Assembly (NCBI GenBank): GCA_964016885.1
Contig: OZ024742.1
Location: forward strand, 116,994,001 to 117,058,000
DNA: 64,000 nt
Reading direction: 5' to 3'
DNA from: Eledone cirrhosa
Taxonomy: Eukaryota
The translations under genes and the position numbers were made by a program. How positions within the stretch are numbered: position 1 is the stretch's first letter; every line of letters starts with the position of its first letter. The notes under the pieces were generated by a model. That model saw only the letters and a list, made by a program, of their open reading frames with translations. It did no database searches and was not told where the DNA came from. Shown here one piece after another: positions 1-11,383 of the stretch.

Positions 1-1949
1 ATAAGAGCCAATACATTCATGCATGTACATGTCTTCTGAACACCTGTGCTAACTCACACATTTTGGATCAGTGCTTTGTGCATGAGACTATCAGAATTTA
101 GAAGAAACTTCTATGGACTGTCACACACTCCTTTCATTCAAGTTATTTGCAGAAGGTGCTTTACCATGGGATTCAATATGCTATCGTATGATTGTAAAGC
201 AAATTTCTTAAACCATTCCGTGATATCCCATGCTCTAATTTCACACAAATACATTCACATACAAACACAGACATACACAATATTGCAGCAATAGTCACAT
301 AATTTCAAATGTGATGTAGAAACATTATTTAGATCAGAGTCTGTAACATGTTTTTAGAAGTGGCTTTAAAATTCTGACTGCACAAAACACCTCTTGTCAT
401 TCTCACTATTTGAAAGGCAGGGAACCAATGGTTGGTCTATTGAAAACCTATAGCCAACAGATCAATTGTTCACAAATGTATTACATAAATAACATAAAAA
501 TTTAGATTTGCTATATAGATTTTGTTGCTAGATTCTTTTTACATGTTAGAATTGTATAAAGTTTGGCATGACTAGGCAAGGCAAAAACGTGATGTCCACC
601 ATTTTTAAACAGTCACTACAATTCTAATTCAATTTCTTGTTTTGCAGTATTTGTGGTTTTAGAATCCACTCTAGTAATACTTATATATTACATTCCTTAC
701 TTCTTTGTGAATGAAACAGAAAATAGGTTTGCACTGCTTAATAGATATTTACGAAAATAATGTGTAAAGAGAGTCACTGAAACCAAATCATATTTGTTAA
801 CTGACACCATCAAGATTATTCACCCTTTTATATTTATATTTACATTCCTTAGCTTCATTCACAGTCTTGCATTGTATTTCTCATTTCTACAAACAGCAGG
901 TCTGCTTGAAACATCACAACTCCACCTCTACGTGCAACACACAAACCTCTCTTGTTTTATATATTTTACAATCTAGATTATAAATGAGCTAACTATTTTG
1001 ATTTTAAATGTAAAATGATATTAAACATGATAAGCATCAATTTCAGACAGGAAAGATAAACAGACCCAGTCAGAAGGTTTCAAATTCATACATATAATGT
1101 TTAATATCATTTCACCATTTAGATTATATATCGTATCCAATAAACACACTTAGGCAGTGGATTGACAGAACTGTTTGAGCATTGAACAAAATATCTTGCA
1201 GTACATGTTCTGACTCTATACATTCTGAGTTCAAATTCCATGACATTTTCCTTCTATCCTTCTGTTGATAATATAAAGTACCAATACAGGATAATGTATG
1301 AGCTGAATTGTTAGAGCATTTGACAAAATGTCTTGTAATATTTATTCCATCCCTTATTTTCTGAGTTTGCTTGCAACAAAACTGATACCAAAATGTATTA
1401 CATTTGCTTTTCCATTGGTTGTGTCAGAGATATGAAGAAGGGAAACTTGCTGTTTTGCCAAATACTGGAATAAAATAATAATAGTAATAAAAGAACCTTA
1501 CCCAAACCCATAAGGTAATGGACAGTCAGTTGTCAACAAAAAGAGAGGATCTATTTGATTTTTATACCAAATTATCAATTAATCCATTAGTAAGTTGGGT
1601 CCATCTCATCCTAATATGGAAAATAAGAAATGTCCCCAGCAACAGATCTCCATGACACTATGTCCCAGACAAATGTACATATTTCACTCTCTTTGAATTA
1701 GATGTCATGACTGAGGCAACCAGGAATATGTTTTGCAAAGCTTCGTTTCTGTCAGACTGATTATTTTTCCATGTTTTGGGACATACTGACAGTATTCATC
1801 ATCCTCCTCCTTTAATGTCCACTTTCCTTGCTTGCAAAATTTGAATGGGTCTTTATCGATCATGTCTGTACTGAAGCGGAGCCACAGACCTCCCAGACTG
1901 GCTGGCAGTTCGCATTTCACTTACATACGGTTCCACATTTTACCAAATG

Positions 1950-3300
1950 CATTTTATCATGGCACCAGCACCAGAGAGGTTGTCACGTCTGTGACACAAC
2001 TGGAGCGTACCCCCAACCCTTTGTTTGGCAAGATTTCTATGGTTGAATGCCCTTCCTATCACCAACCACATTACAGTAGATAATGGGTGCATTTCTTGTG
2101 TAGATCAGCATCACTTGAGAGGTTGTGTTTTTGATACAACTGAACGTTTTTGGGGGGCATGGTTTCTACAGCAGGGTGCTCTTCCTGTCACCAAACTCCT
2201 TTATGACACCATCAATAGAGAGATTGTTGGTCATAGTCCCAACAGAAGAGCCATTTGCTTAGAAGAGGGCTGTAGGGGAGTGACGTAGATAGTTAAAAGT
2301 GTAAGTGGTGATTTGGCAAAGGAGAGAGTAAGCAGACGGGGTGGCTGATTAGTGTATGAGAGAGATTTAGTGGTGTGGGGGATGTGGTTGGTAGGTCAAG
2401 GGGGGAGTGAGAGAGAGATAAGTAAGGAGTGATGGAATGGGGGATAAACCAGAGGTAGAAAGAATAGCTACTAGGATGCAATAGTGAAGATATCTAAGGG
2501 TTTTACTTTTAGGCCTCTCAACTCTAGGTTCTTCCATGTTTGAAATTTTGTCTCTAACTCTTTTATGAATTCAACTATGAACACTTGTTCATCAGCCTAT
2601 TGGAGCTCCCATAAAGTGCTAGTTTTAAACTCCTCAGTGATGGCCTGAAGGACAATGATAAACAGGAGTGGACTGCGAACTGAGCCCTAGTGGACTCCCA
2701 CCGGCACTTCAAACTCATTATTGTCCTCATTTCCAAATCTCACTCTGCTTGTTGTTCCTCTATATATGACCTGCACAGCCCTCACAAGCCATTCAGCTAC
2801 ATCTAATTTTCTAAATTCTCGCCAGATTACAGAGCATAGGATCCTGTCAAAGACCTTCACCATATTGACAAAAGCCAAATACTGTGGCTTACGCTTAGCT
2901 ATGTACCTCTCCTGTAGTTGACTCATCAGAAAGAAGGCATAAATCCATACTGCATCTCATACAACTTGATTTTGTCCCTAATTATTTGTGCTATACCCTT
3001 TCAGCAACTTTCCTGACCTGGTTCATTAACTTCATACCACTGAAGTTCACTCATGTGCATCTCCTTTGCACTTGTAGTAATTTACAATGATATTCCTCAG
3101 CCAGTCATTAAGTATGACCTTTTCTTTTACTACTTGATTAACTATGCATCTGACTAGCACATATCCTACCATGCCAGATACTTTTAAGCATCTCAACAAC
3201 TATACCAGATGATCCAGTTACCATCTCTGCTTTCAGATTCTTCATTGTTTTACCTATCACACTGTTAACTTCAATACTGGTCTTTCAGTTGAGTCTGCAT
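1950..3300 (-). mobile_element. Old degenerate RTE LINE (RT fragment plus degenerate 3' UTR repeats)
   Basis: ORF 2687..2926 (SQLQERYIAKRKPQYLAFVNMVKVFDR...VPVGVH) matches the RT of the younger copy at 11904..12164; gcccttcctatcaccaaccac tail motif near 2049; many stops and frameshifts. Confidence 0.8.
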
Positions 3301-3592
3301 GAAATTCTTTGAAACCTATTTAAATAAGCATTTTGTTTTTTTTTTGTGCACGGCATATTGGGAATGAGAACTTGGAAGGTTCAGCATAACTGTTAAATAA
3401 CAATAAACCAATCAATTCAATCCTTATTTCAGGCTCCCGAAAATTACTTCAAGCTGTCTAATTTTTAGTGAAACTAAATACATATGAATAAGAATTGTTA
3501 CATACATATATACTTAAATATACTTGCTATATATATGTATACTTATATGCATAAGTACATAATCATCTATATATTAATACGCTTGTACCTAC

Positions 3593-4600
3593 GTACCATA
3601 CGTCCAACACTTTCAGTAATTACATAGTAATTTATCTGCTGTAGAAGAACATCCGTATCATACATACAATAATTTGGTGTAATTCATTGCGGCTAATATT
3701 TTCTTTCATTGTCTTATCATTCACCGCCCAAGAACGACTTCAACTCCCAACAGAAGAACTTATATATTTTATATTACTGTCGTGAGGTAAATTGAAAATT
3801 GATAATACACTCTATTTTTACCTCCGCCAAATAAGTAATGCTTTATCCTCAGTTAGTGTTTTTTTTTTTGTTACAAGTTTTTTATTTATGACACACAAAC
3901 TCACTGCATTACCTATTTGGCAGAGGTAAAAATAGAGTGTATTATCAATTTTCAACTTACCTCATGACAGTAACATAAAATATATAATTTCTTCTGCTGG
4001 GAGTTGAAGTCGTTCTTGGGCGGTGAATGATAAGACAATGAAAGAAAATCTTCTGCGCAAGGCATTACACCAAATTATTGTATGTATGATACGGATGTTC
4101 TTCAATGGCAGATAAATTACTATGTAATTACTGAAAGCGGGAGACCTTTGGCGGTACTCAGTAATAGAGAAGACCCGCCTTACCTAAATACAAAGTAAAA
4201 CCTACTACAGTCAGTAGGCATCTCTAACAAAATACACCCCCATCCCACCACCCCCACCCCATCCACACCGCCCCTTTCAATGTAAAGTTATGTTGGTGCC
4301 ACAACATCCAGGCTGAAACAAATGAGATCGTGTAGGTGTCACATCAAAAAACACACAGTTCACGCTGTAATGTGGCCGTGTAGGCAACACAGTAAAAACC
4401 TCCCAGCCCCACACTGTAAATGTGGTTGGTGTTAGGAAGGGCATCCAGCTGTAGAAAACCCGCCAGATAGTCCTATACGAGCAAGATAACCACTCTTGCC
4501 TCAAGTGGGAAAACCCCCGTCCAAACCCATGCAAGCATGGAACACGGACGTTAAACGATGATGATGATGATGATGACACACACAGTCGGACGTACAGTAC
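3593..4600. mobile_element. Fold-back element/MITE with about 250-bp inverted arms; right arm interrupted by an RTE 3' end
   Basis: 3593-3841 is the reverse complement of 3906-4137 plus 4585-4600 (e.g. gataatacactctatttttacctc / gaggtaaaaatagagtgtattatc). Confidence 0.8.
4138..4576 (+). mobile_element. 5'-truncated RTE LINE: last codons, 3' UTR and (GAT)n tail
   Basis: Near-identical to 10838-11278 (gacctttggcggtactcagtaatagagaagacccgcc...ggacgttaaacgatgatgatg). Confidence 0.95.
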
Positions 4601-5915
4601 TAGAAATATTGTATATAGGGAAGTGCTTTAAAGGATGTTTTTTATGTGTACTTTTATGAAATTATTTTAAATAATCTTATATTATTATACATAAAATAAA
4701 GGAAAATATAATTGTCTATTCACCAAACTACTGAAAATCAAACAACTTTGATTAACTGATAAATGTTCATTGGATAATATTTAAATTTAAAAAATTATCC
4801 ATGAATTTTTTCATGGATCCAGCTAGTTAATATTAAGGTTTGTAAGTGACTAACAGAAGAACTCAATGCTGGTGTCGTATCATATTTATTATATATAGGG
4901 ATTCAATGTTTGTGTTTTATTTCCCTAGATTATTATTCACAAAGTCATCTGCTACACACACACACAAGCACAAATATATGTATTCTGTCATCTAACTTTT
5001 AGAACATTCGATTGTGTCACTGGAGAATATGTGACCGCTGCCTCTATTTTATGAAAATATGTCTTCTGACAGACATTTCCTTAGCATTTAGGAATTTGTA
5101 AATTTAGCTTCATATAAATGTGTGTGTGTGAGTGTATGTATGTGTGTGTGGTCTAAATGATATTCTTTTAATGTTTCTATCCATTCCTGAAATATGACAC
5201 ACTAATGGCCTGGACCTTCATAATCTCATGTTCCAAGTAAATTCTCTCAATAGATATTGTCAAAAATCAATTTCATGAAGAATTTTAAAGTATAACCAAA
5301 TACATCCAGTTCCATGTAATGACACATTTGACAAAACTCTGGGAATTTGTAATATCACTCTTAAAATAATACTAAGAATAAAAATAAACCACGTTGGTTC
5401 AATTCCATCATGATTTATTATACACTATCAAAAATATTAGAAAATCACATGTATGGCCCAACTGAGTGTTTGATCATTGGTATGCTCATTTGAAACTAAC
5501 CTAGGTTTAAATAACAAGAGCAACCTTCAATTTTAGGGCATGGTAACAAATTAATTGCTACACCTTACTATTTCTTGCCAAACATTTCAATGTATAAATC
5601 CATTCTACATACAAAAGTCATTACATGCATCTGCTTTATTCAGACAACTTAAACATGACATAATATAAATAGTCGCAGCAATGGGTATTCCAGTTGTTTG
5701 ATTAACTAAACAACCTATTCATTGAATTATAGAGTAAGTGGCTGAGTATTCCACAGATACCTGTACCTTTAACATAATCCATGGATAGAATTAGTGTGAC
5801 ACAGTGTTTGACAGAGCTAGCTCTTTGAATTACAAGTATAGTTCAGCTGATAGCATTTCACAGATTTCCATCTTTCCATCAACTCTGGAGAAGTTACAGT
5901 TATAATTGAATCTTC

Positions 5916-6117
5916 TTAACTCGTCAGCATTTAAACCAGCTAGAATTCTCTCACCTCTTTCTGTTCAAACCAGGTGTAATTGGCCACTATAGAAATATTA
6001 AGGTATTGTTCTCAAAATAAATATGAAAATCTCATAGTTTCGATATTATGTGAGATAAAGACTTTACCATCAAAATACATAAGTAAATATAGAGTAATGT
6101 AAATGCTAAATGGTTAA
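5916..6117. mobile_element. TTAA-flanked piggyBac-like MITE (family 1, older copy)
   Basis: Bounded by ttaa; degenerate TIR agcattta/taaatgct; body homologous to 57233-57440. Confidence 0.65.
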
Positions 6118-6535
6118 AGAAGGAAAAACATCAATGTCGTAATGTTGATAGAATTATTAAGTAGATTTACAATATTATACATTGATTTCTAAGGTAAAGA
6201 AGAATTATTTTAGAAAAGAAAATTTCTCAGATGCCACCTCCCACCACATATAAAGCAGTAGTTAAATTAGTGTAATATATTTAATGCAGTGAGAAATTTT
6301 TGCGAATTATTTGAGAATTTTTGAGAATTACTTGCAAATAATTATTCAATGATAAAAAGACAATAGTCATCAATCACAAATATTTCAATTACTCCCCTGA
6401 GGACTGGAGAGAACACCAGACATTTTTAATTTTATTAAATCACCTTAGTAAAGCATGAGCTTCACAGTACTTGCTGAAGTAATAATGAATGAATAAGTAA
6501 ATGTACAAAATTGTATTCTAGTCTATCATCATTGT

Positions 6536-6600
6536 TGTTTCACTCATATGAAATCATCAGGAACCTGATGATTGCTTATGAGTGAAACAGTTCTAGTCTT
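6536..6600. ncRNA. Palindromic double hammerhead-like core (Penelope-like terminal repeat relic)
   Basis: tgtttcactcata..aatcatcagg aa cctgatgatt..tatgagtgaaaca: CTGATGA...GAAAC is readable on both strands; downstream flank homologous to 33440-33500 (-). Confidence 0.5.
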
Positions 6601-6709
6601 GTAGAAATCATTCCTATATAAAATAAAGATGCTTATACACTACCAACATATTGAATACCTTATCTAACTGTGATCATTTTCCAATCCCCACTGAGAATCC
6701 ACCCTTTAT

Positions 6710-6733
<24 letters not shown>

Positions 6734-6740
<7 letters not shown>

Positions 6741-6886
6741 GTGAACAACACAATATATAACTACTCCATTACCAAAGGTTTTAGGACTCAAGACAACATT
6801 AACATACATATAGATCGTTCATCAGACAGAGAGTCCTGAAACCTTTGGTAATGGAGTAGTTATATATTGCGTTGTTCACTTTCTAA
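6734..6886. repeat. 56-bp-arm fold-back between (TA)n and (CA)n(TA)n tracts
   Basis: 6734-6789 vs 6831-6886 near-perfect inverted repeat, 41-nt loop containing ttcatcag. Confidence 0.9.
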
Positions 6887-7438
6887 TTAAATAGCTCTGT
6901 TCTATACATAGAGCACTCTTTTTTCCTTTGCTTTTTCTTCGGAAATACTTAACGCACACACACACACATATATACATACATATATACATACATATATATA
7001 TATTAAAAATTTGAATCTATGTGTGCTTGTCCATGTAGATTTCTGGCTGAAAGACTAGGGATTTCCTCTCAAAAATGGCACATATTCAGAATCAGTATAA
7101 TAACAGTATTTCTATGCTACTTTTGGCCATCACCCTATGATGCTAATTGGAACCACCTTATAACAGCTATATAACCATACTAGCTAGGATAAGAATAAGG
7201 TTGAAATGTTTAGGGAGCTACAACCTCTGTTAACAAGAAATGGATTTTCTCTGGGCAAAGGGTAAATTATATGATGCCTGCATGAGAAATGGAATCTTGA
7301 ATGACAGCCTGACATGGGTGGTAAATAGAGGATGCTCACTTATTTTCTCTCCAGTCCCCATATATCCTCTGCATTTCTCATGCAGGCATCATATAATTTA
7401 TCCTATATATATATATATATAATTCACAATATATATTT

Positions 7439-7612
7439 ATCATCATCATCATCATCATCGTTTAACGTCTATCTTCCACGCTAGCATGTGTTAGACGGGA
7501 ATTGTCCCACTTCATGCAAGATTGATTGGGTGACCGTGTCTCGCTCATATAGAACTGTATCTGGCAAGTTTTCTACAGCTGGATGCCCTTCCTAACACCA
7601 ACCACATTTACA
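7439..7612 (-). mobile_element. RTE/SINE shared 3' tail fragment
   Basis: (CAT)n followed by gtttaacgtc...tttctacagctggatgcccttcctaacaccaaccac. Confidence 0.85.
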
Positions 7613-9009
7613 ATTAACACACACACATACACACTGACAACAATGATTTTTAAAAAAAGTATTAATGAAAAATCAAATATAGCATTGCAAGTTCGTATTT
7701 TTCTCCTGTTAGCTGATATAAGTTAACTTTGCAATGGACTGATATCTCCTCCAAAAGAGTGTGCTGTACCTTAAGTTGTTTAACAGATTAAACTGTGGTC
7801 AGGTAGCCTCTAGCCTAAAAAAAAAGAGAATTCATAAGTCTTTTCTAGTATTTAGGTATGAGCCTTTATATTCTGATTTCAGATCCCACCTAGGTTGATC
7901 AGAGATTATTAGATAAGTACCCATTGAATACTGGAGATCATATGATTGACTGCTTTCCCCTCTCACTCCAAAACCTCAGTAGGTTAATCACCCCTTGATG
8001 GATATTTTATTATGTTAATTAACTTTATCTGTATAAATGAAATTGGAAGAAATTTAAACTTTGTAAAATATTTTCTTTGTAGGAAAATATTTTATAAATA
8101 CTGACAAACAATTGATTCATTAAGATCATAAAAGAAACATTTTTTTACTGTATTTTCATTTATTATTTTGGCTTTGGTTGTTGTTGTTGTTTTATACCCC
8201 AGGCTAACTCTAATCAAGCTGAATTATGGCAAATATATAATCTTTTGGCTATGTGTAATCAATAGCTCCATTGTTCTGTCTCTTGGAGGAAAACCTAAGT
8301 TGTGCACTTTGTTAACACAAAAATAGCAGCAGTATAATAACTTCATTAGCCTCATAACCTCTTTACTGGTATATGCCCCCCTACCAAAAGTAAGCTGAAC
8401 TTTGACCTACTTGCCTGCATTCACTATGGACTACTGCTGCTGCTTATCATCCCAAACATTGTGAAACCTGGTCAACATTATTCAGTCTTATATGAAGAAA
8501 ATAATATTTGGGTATGGTTTGAAGCAGATTTATATGCTATTGTTAGCAGTTAAAGTAATCCTGTAATGGTTTCCACATCTCTCCAGTTGCATTAATGTAT
8601 TGATGTTGATACTGGTAGAATTGACTTTAGATTAAATTGTATTTCACTGTTTGGTCAAAACAGAATGCAAAGAGCTGGAACAATTACCACAACACATTAC
8701 ATCCAAACTCTAACAATTGTACCAATCCACTGTCTTTGAATAGTAGATTATTCAATCAAAAATAAAAGGCGAAGTTGACCTTAATGGGATTTGAAATCCT
8801 AGAGTAGAGAACGCTAAAACAAATACTGCAAGGCATTTTGTCCCATACTGTAACAATTCTGCCATTTCACCAACTTTTTACATACCTCAAATGATAATTT
8901 CTTTATTCGAGGTTGATATATTAGATTCAATGAATATTATATGAAATATATTCTCACAATTTATTATGGGTTATAAAGACATGGTTGTATTCAGATATTC
9001 ATTCAATGA

Positions 9010-9935
9010 TATCATCACATCACTTTGTCAGACACTGGATATAGACTTTGCTAGGGAAGCTTAACAAGGGGATTCCTCTATAACTAGGGGAATCTCTCTT
9101 GTCTCCCTTTTAGAAAATTGGAATTATCACTTTTGATTGCTATTACTTTAGAGTGTTTCCAGAAATACAGGCCACTAGAGCACACACAAGTCAGCCAAAG
9201 TTTACCTTCTCTATTTAGAGCATTTAATATATTGGGCAGGATTCCATCCTTATTAGAGGAATTTGCCACATTTGAGTACTTTAATTGCTCTGGTGACCTC
9301 AGCCTCGAAAAGGTTAGTGATCACTTCCCGATGCAACTCATGCACATCAGAAAATGCTGATGTGAGTGGCTTTAGGGGATCAACAAAGTAGTCTCTCCAC
9401 CTCATGTGGATGCACCTATCTTCAAAGAGAATATCCTGTAACTTCTGCTGTAAGTTGAGCTGGATCTGCAGTTTGGTAGGTTTTCTTTTCTTTAGGTGGT
9501 CTTAGATGATGATCAGTTGATACATCAGCTTCTCTCTTAACACAAACATCCAGCACAGAATCAAATTCAATTACTAATCTCTGTTCCCAATTTGCTTTAA
9601 ACCATGTGCTGGAACGTGTTCATAATTGAGAATCTGTTACTAAAATAGAGGTCTAATAAGGCTTCTCCATTTGCATTTAATTGGGGGTCACTGTTCTCTC
9701 CAATCACTCCATTCGATTTCTAGTGATCACTGCTAACATGTGCATTGAAGTCTCCAATTAGGATATATGACTTCGACATAACTTCATCTAAATCTGCAGT
9801 GACTTTGTCATGGAAGATCTGAATTCACTCTCTCTGTTTGGTGCATAAAGCCACATTATCCACAGAGGCCCTTCATTAAGCCTAAACTTTAAGAGGCAAA
9901 TCCTCCCTCCCAATAGGACCCATTTCATAACACAT
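9010..9935 (-). mobile_element. Degenerate Rex3/Expander-like RTE LINE: APE endonuclease plus RT N-terminal region
   Basis: Minus-strand translation gives ILIGDFNAHVS (about 9735-9770), MNTFQH, DGILPNILNALNREGKLWLT and YRGIPLLSFPSKVY motifs. Confidence 0.8.
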
Positions 9936-10006
9936 TATGACAGCTGGAGACTTATTAGAATTTTATGATTATTATTTTAGGTTTGGTTTAATATATATAT
10001 TAACGT

Positions 10007-11278
10007 GCCTTAAAATTAACCTGGCTAAGACTAAAGTTCTAGTTTGTAAGAAAGAAAATAAGGCGGCGGTCCCTTCCGGGAAATGGCCATGCTCAGTGTG
10101 TAGGAAAGGCGTAGGTAGAAACTCCATTTTATGTCCCAAATGCAAAGTATGGGTGCATAAAAGATGTAGTGGGATCACAGGTAAGCTAACTAAGAACTTA
10201 GATTTTACATGTGGGCGGTGCTCTGGTGCAATAAGTAGCAGCGAGTGCCCACAAAATACTAACTCTTTCAATTGCGCAGAGGGCTCTATAGAAATAGTGG
10301 ACAGCTTCCGTTACCTGGGTGACAAAATCAGCAGTGGGGGAGGGTGCTCCGAAAGTACAGCTAGAAAGTAGCTAGAGTCAGAACTGGATGGAAAAAGTTC
10401 AGAGAGCTTATACCACTATTAGCCGCTAAAGGGTTCTCCCTAAAAATGAAAGGCAGGTTGTATGATGCCTGCATACGAACAGCAATGTTGCATGGCAGTG
10501 AGACCTGGACATTGTGCGCAGAGGATATACGCAGACTAGAGAGGAACGAAGCTTGCATGCTCCGCTGGATGTGTAATAGTAATATACGTGAACGGCAAAG
10601 CATAAACGAACTAAGGAAAAATTTAGAAATAAGAGGGATCAGATGTTGTTTACTCGAGAGAAGGCTACGTTGTTACGGACACGTGATGCGCCTGAAAGTC
10701 GATAGCTGTATAACAAAGTGCAGGGCAATAAAGATAGACGGTAGCCACGGAATAGGCAGACCTAGAAAATCCTGGGACGAGCTGATAAACTCCGACCTCA
10801 CACAATTACACCTCTCCAAGACAATGTCACTGGACCAAGACCTTTGGCGGTACTCAGTAATAGAGAAGACCCGCCTTATCTAAATACATAGTAAAACCTA
10901 CTACAGCCAGTAGGCATCTCTAACAAAATACACCCCCGTCCCACCACCCACACCCCCATCCACACCACCCCGTTCTATGTAAAGTTATGTTGGTGCCACA
11001 ACATCCAGGCCGAAACAAATGAGATCGTGTAGGTTTCACGACAAAAAAACACACAGTCCACGCTGTAATCTGGCCGTGTAGGCAACACGGTAAAAACCTC
11101 CCAGTCCCACACTGTAAATGTGGTTGGTGTTAGGAAGGGCATCCAACTGTAGAAAACCTGCCAGACAGTCCTATGAGAGCAAGACAATCACTCTTGCCTC
11201 AAGTGAGAATACCCCCGTCCAAACCCATGCAAGCGTGGAACACGGACGTTAAACGTTGATGATGATGATGATGATGAT
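10007..11278 (+). mobile_element. 5'-truncated young RTE LINE (RT C-terminal half with PHD-type insert, 3' UTR, (GAT)n tail)
   Basis: ORFs 9937..10371 and 10446..10883: LKINLAKTKVL, IEIVDSFRYLG, MLHGSETW, RRLRCYGHVMR, GRPRKSW; one frameshift near 10361-10371. Confidence 0.95.
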
Positions 11279-11383
11279 TAACAAGCTGTTGGGTGAATTT
11301 CTATGTAAGCATAGCTTGCTACAGTAGATAAAGCAGCCACATCTCACTTTAGGAGCTTTAAAAATAGAAAGGATGCACTAGAT

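Noticed and set aside
1705-1920. 71-aa minus-strand ORF as a host exon or RLE-domain relic
   Set aside because: Only vague similarity to an RLE motif and no convincing splice context
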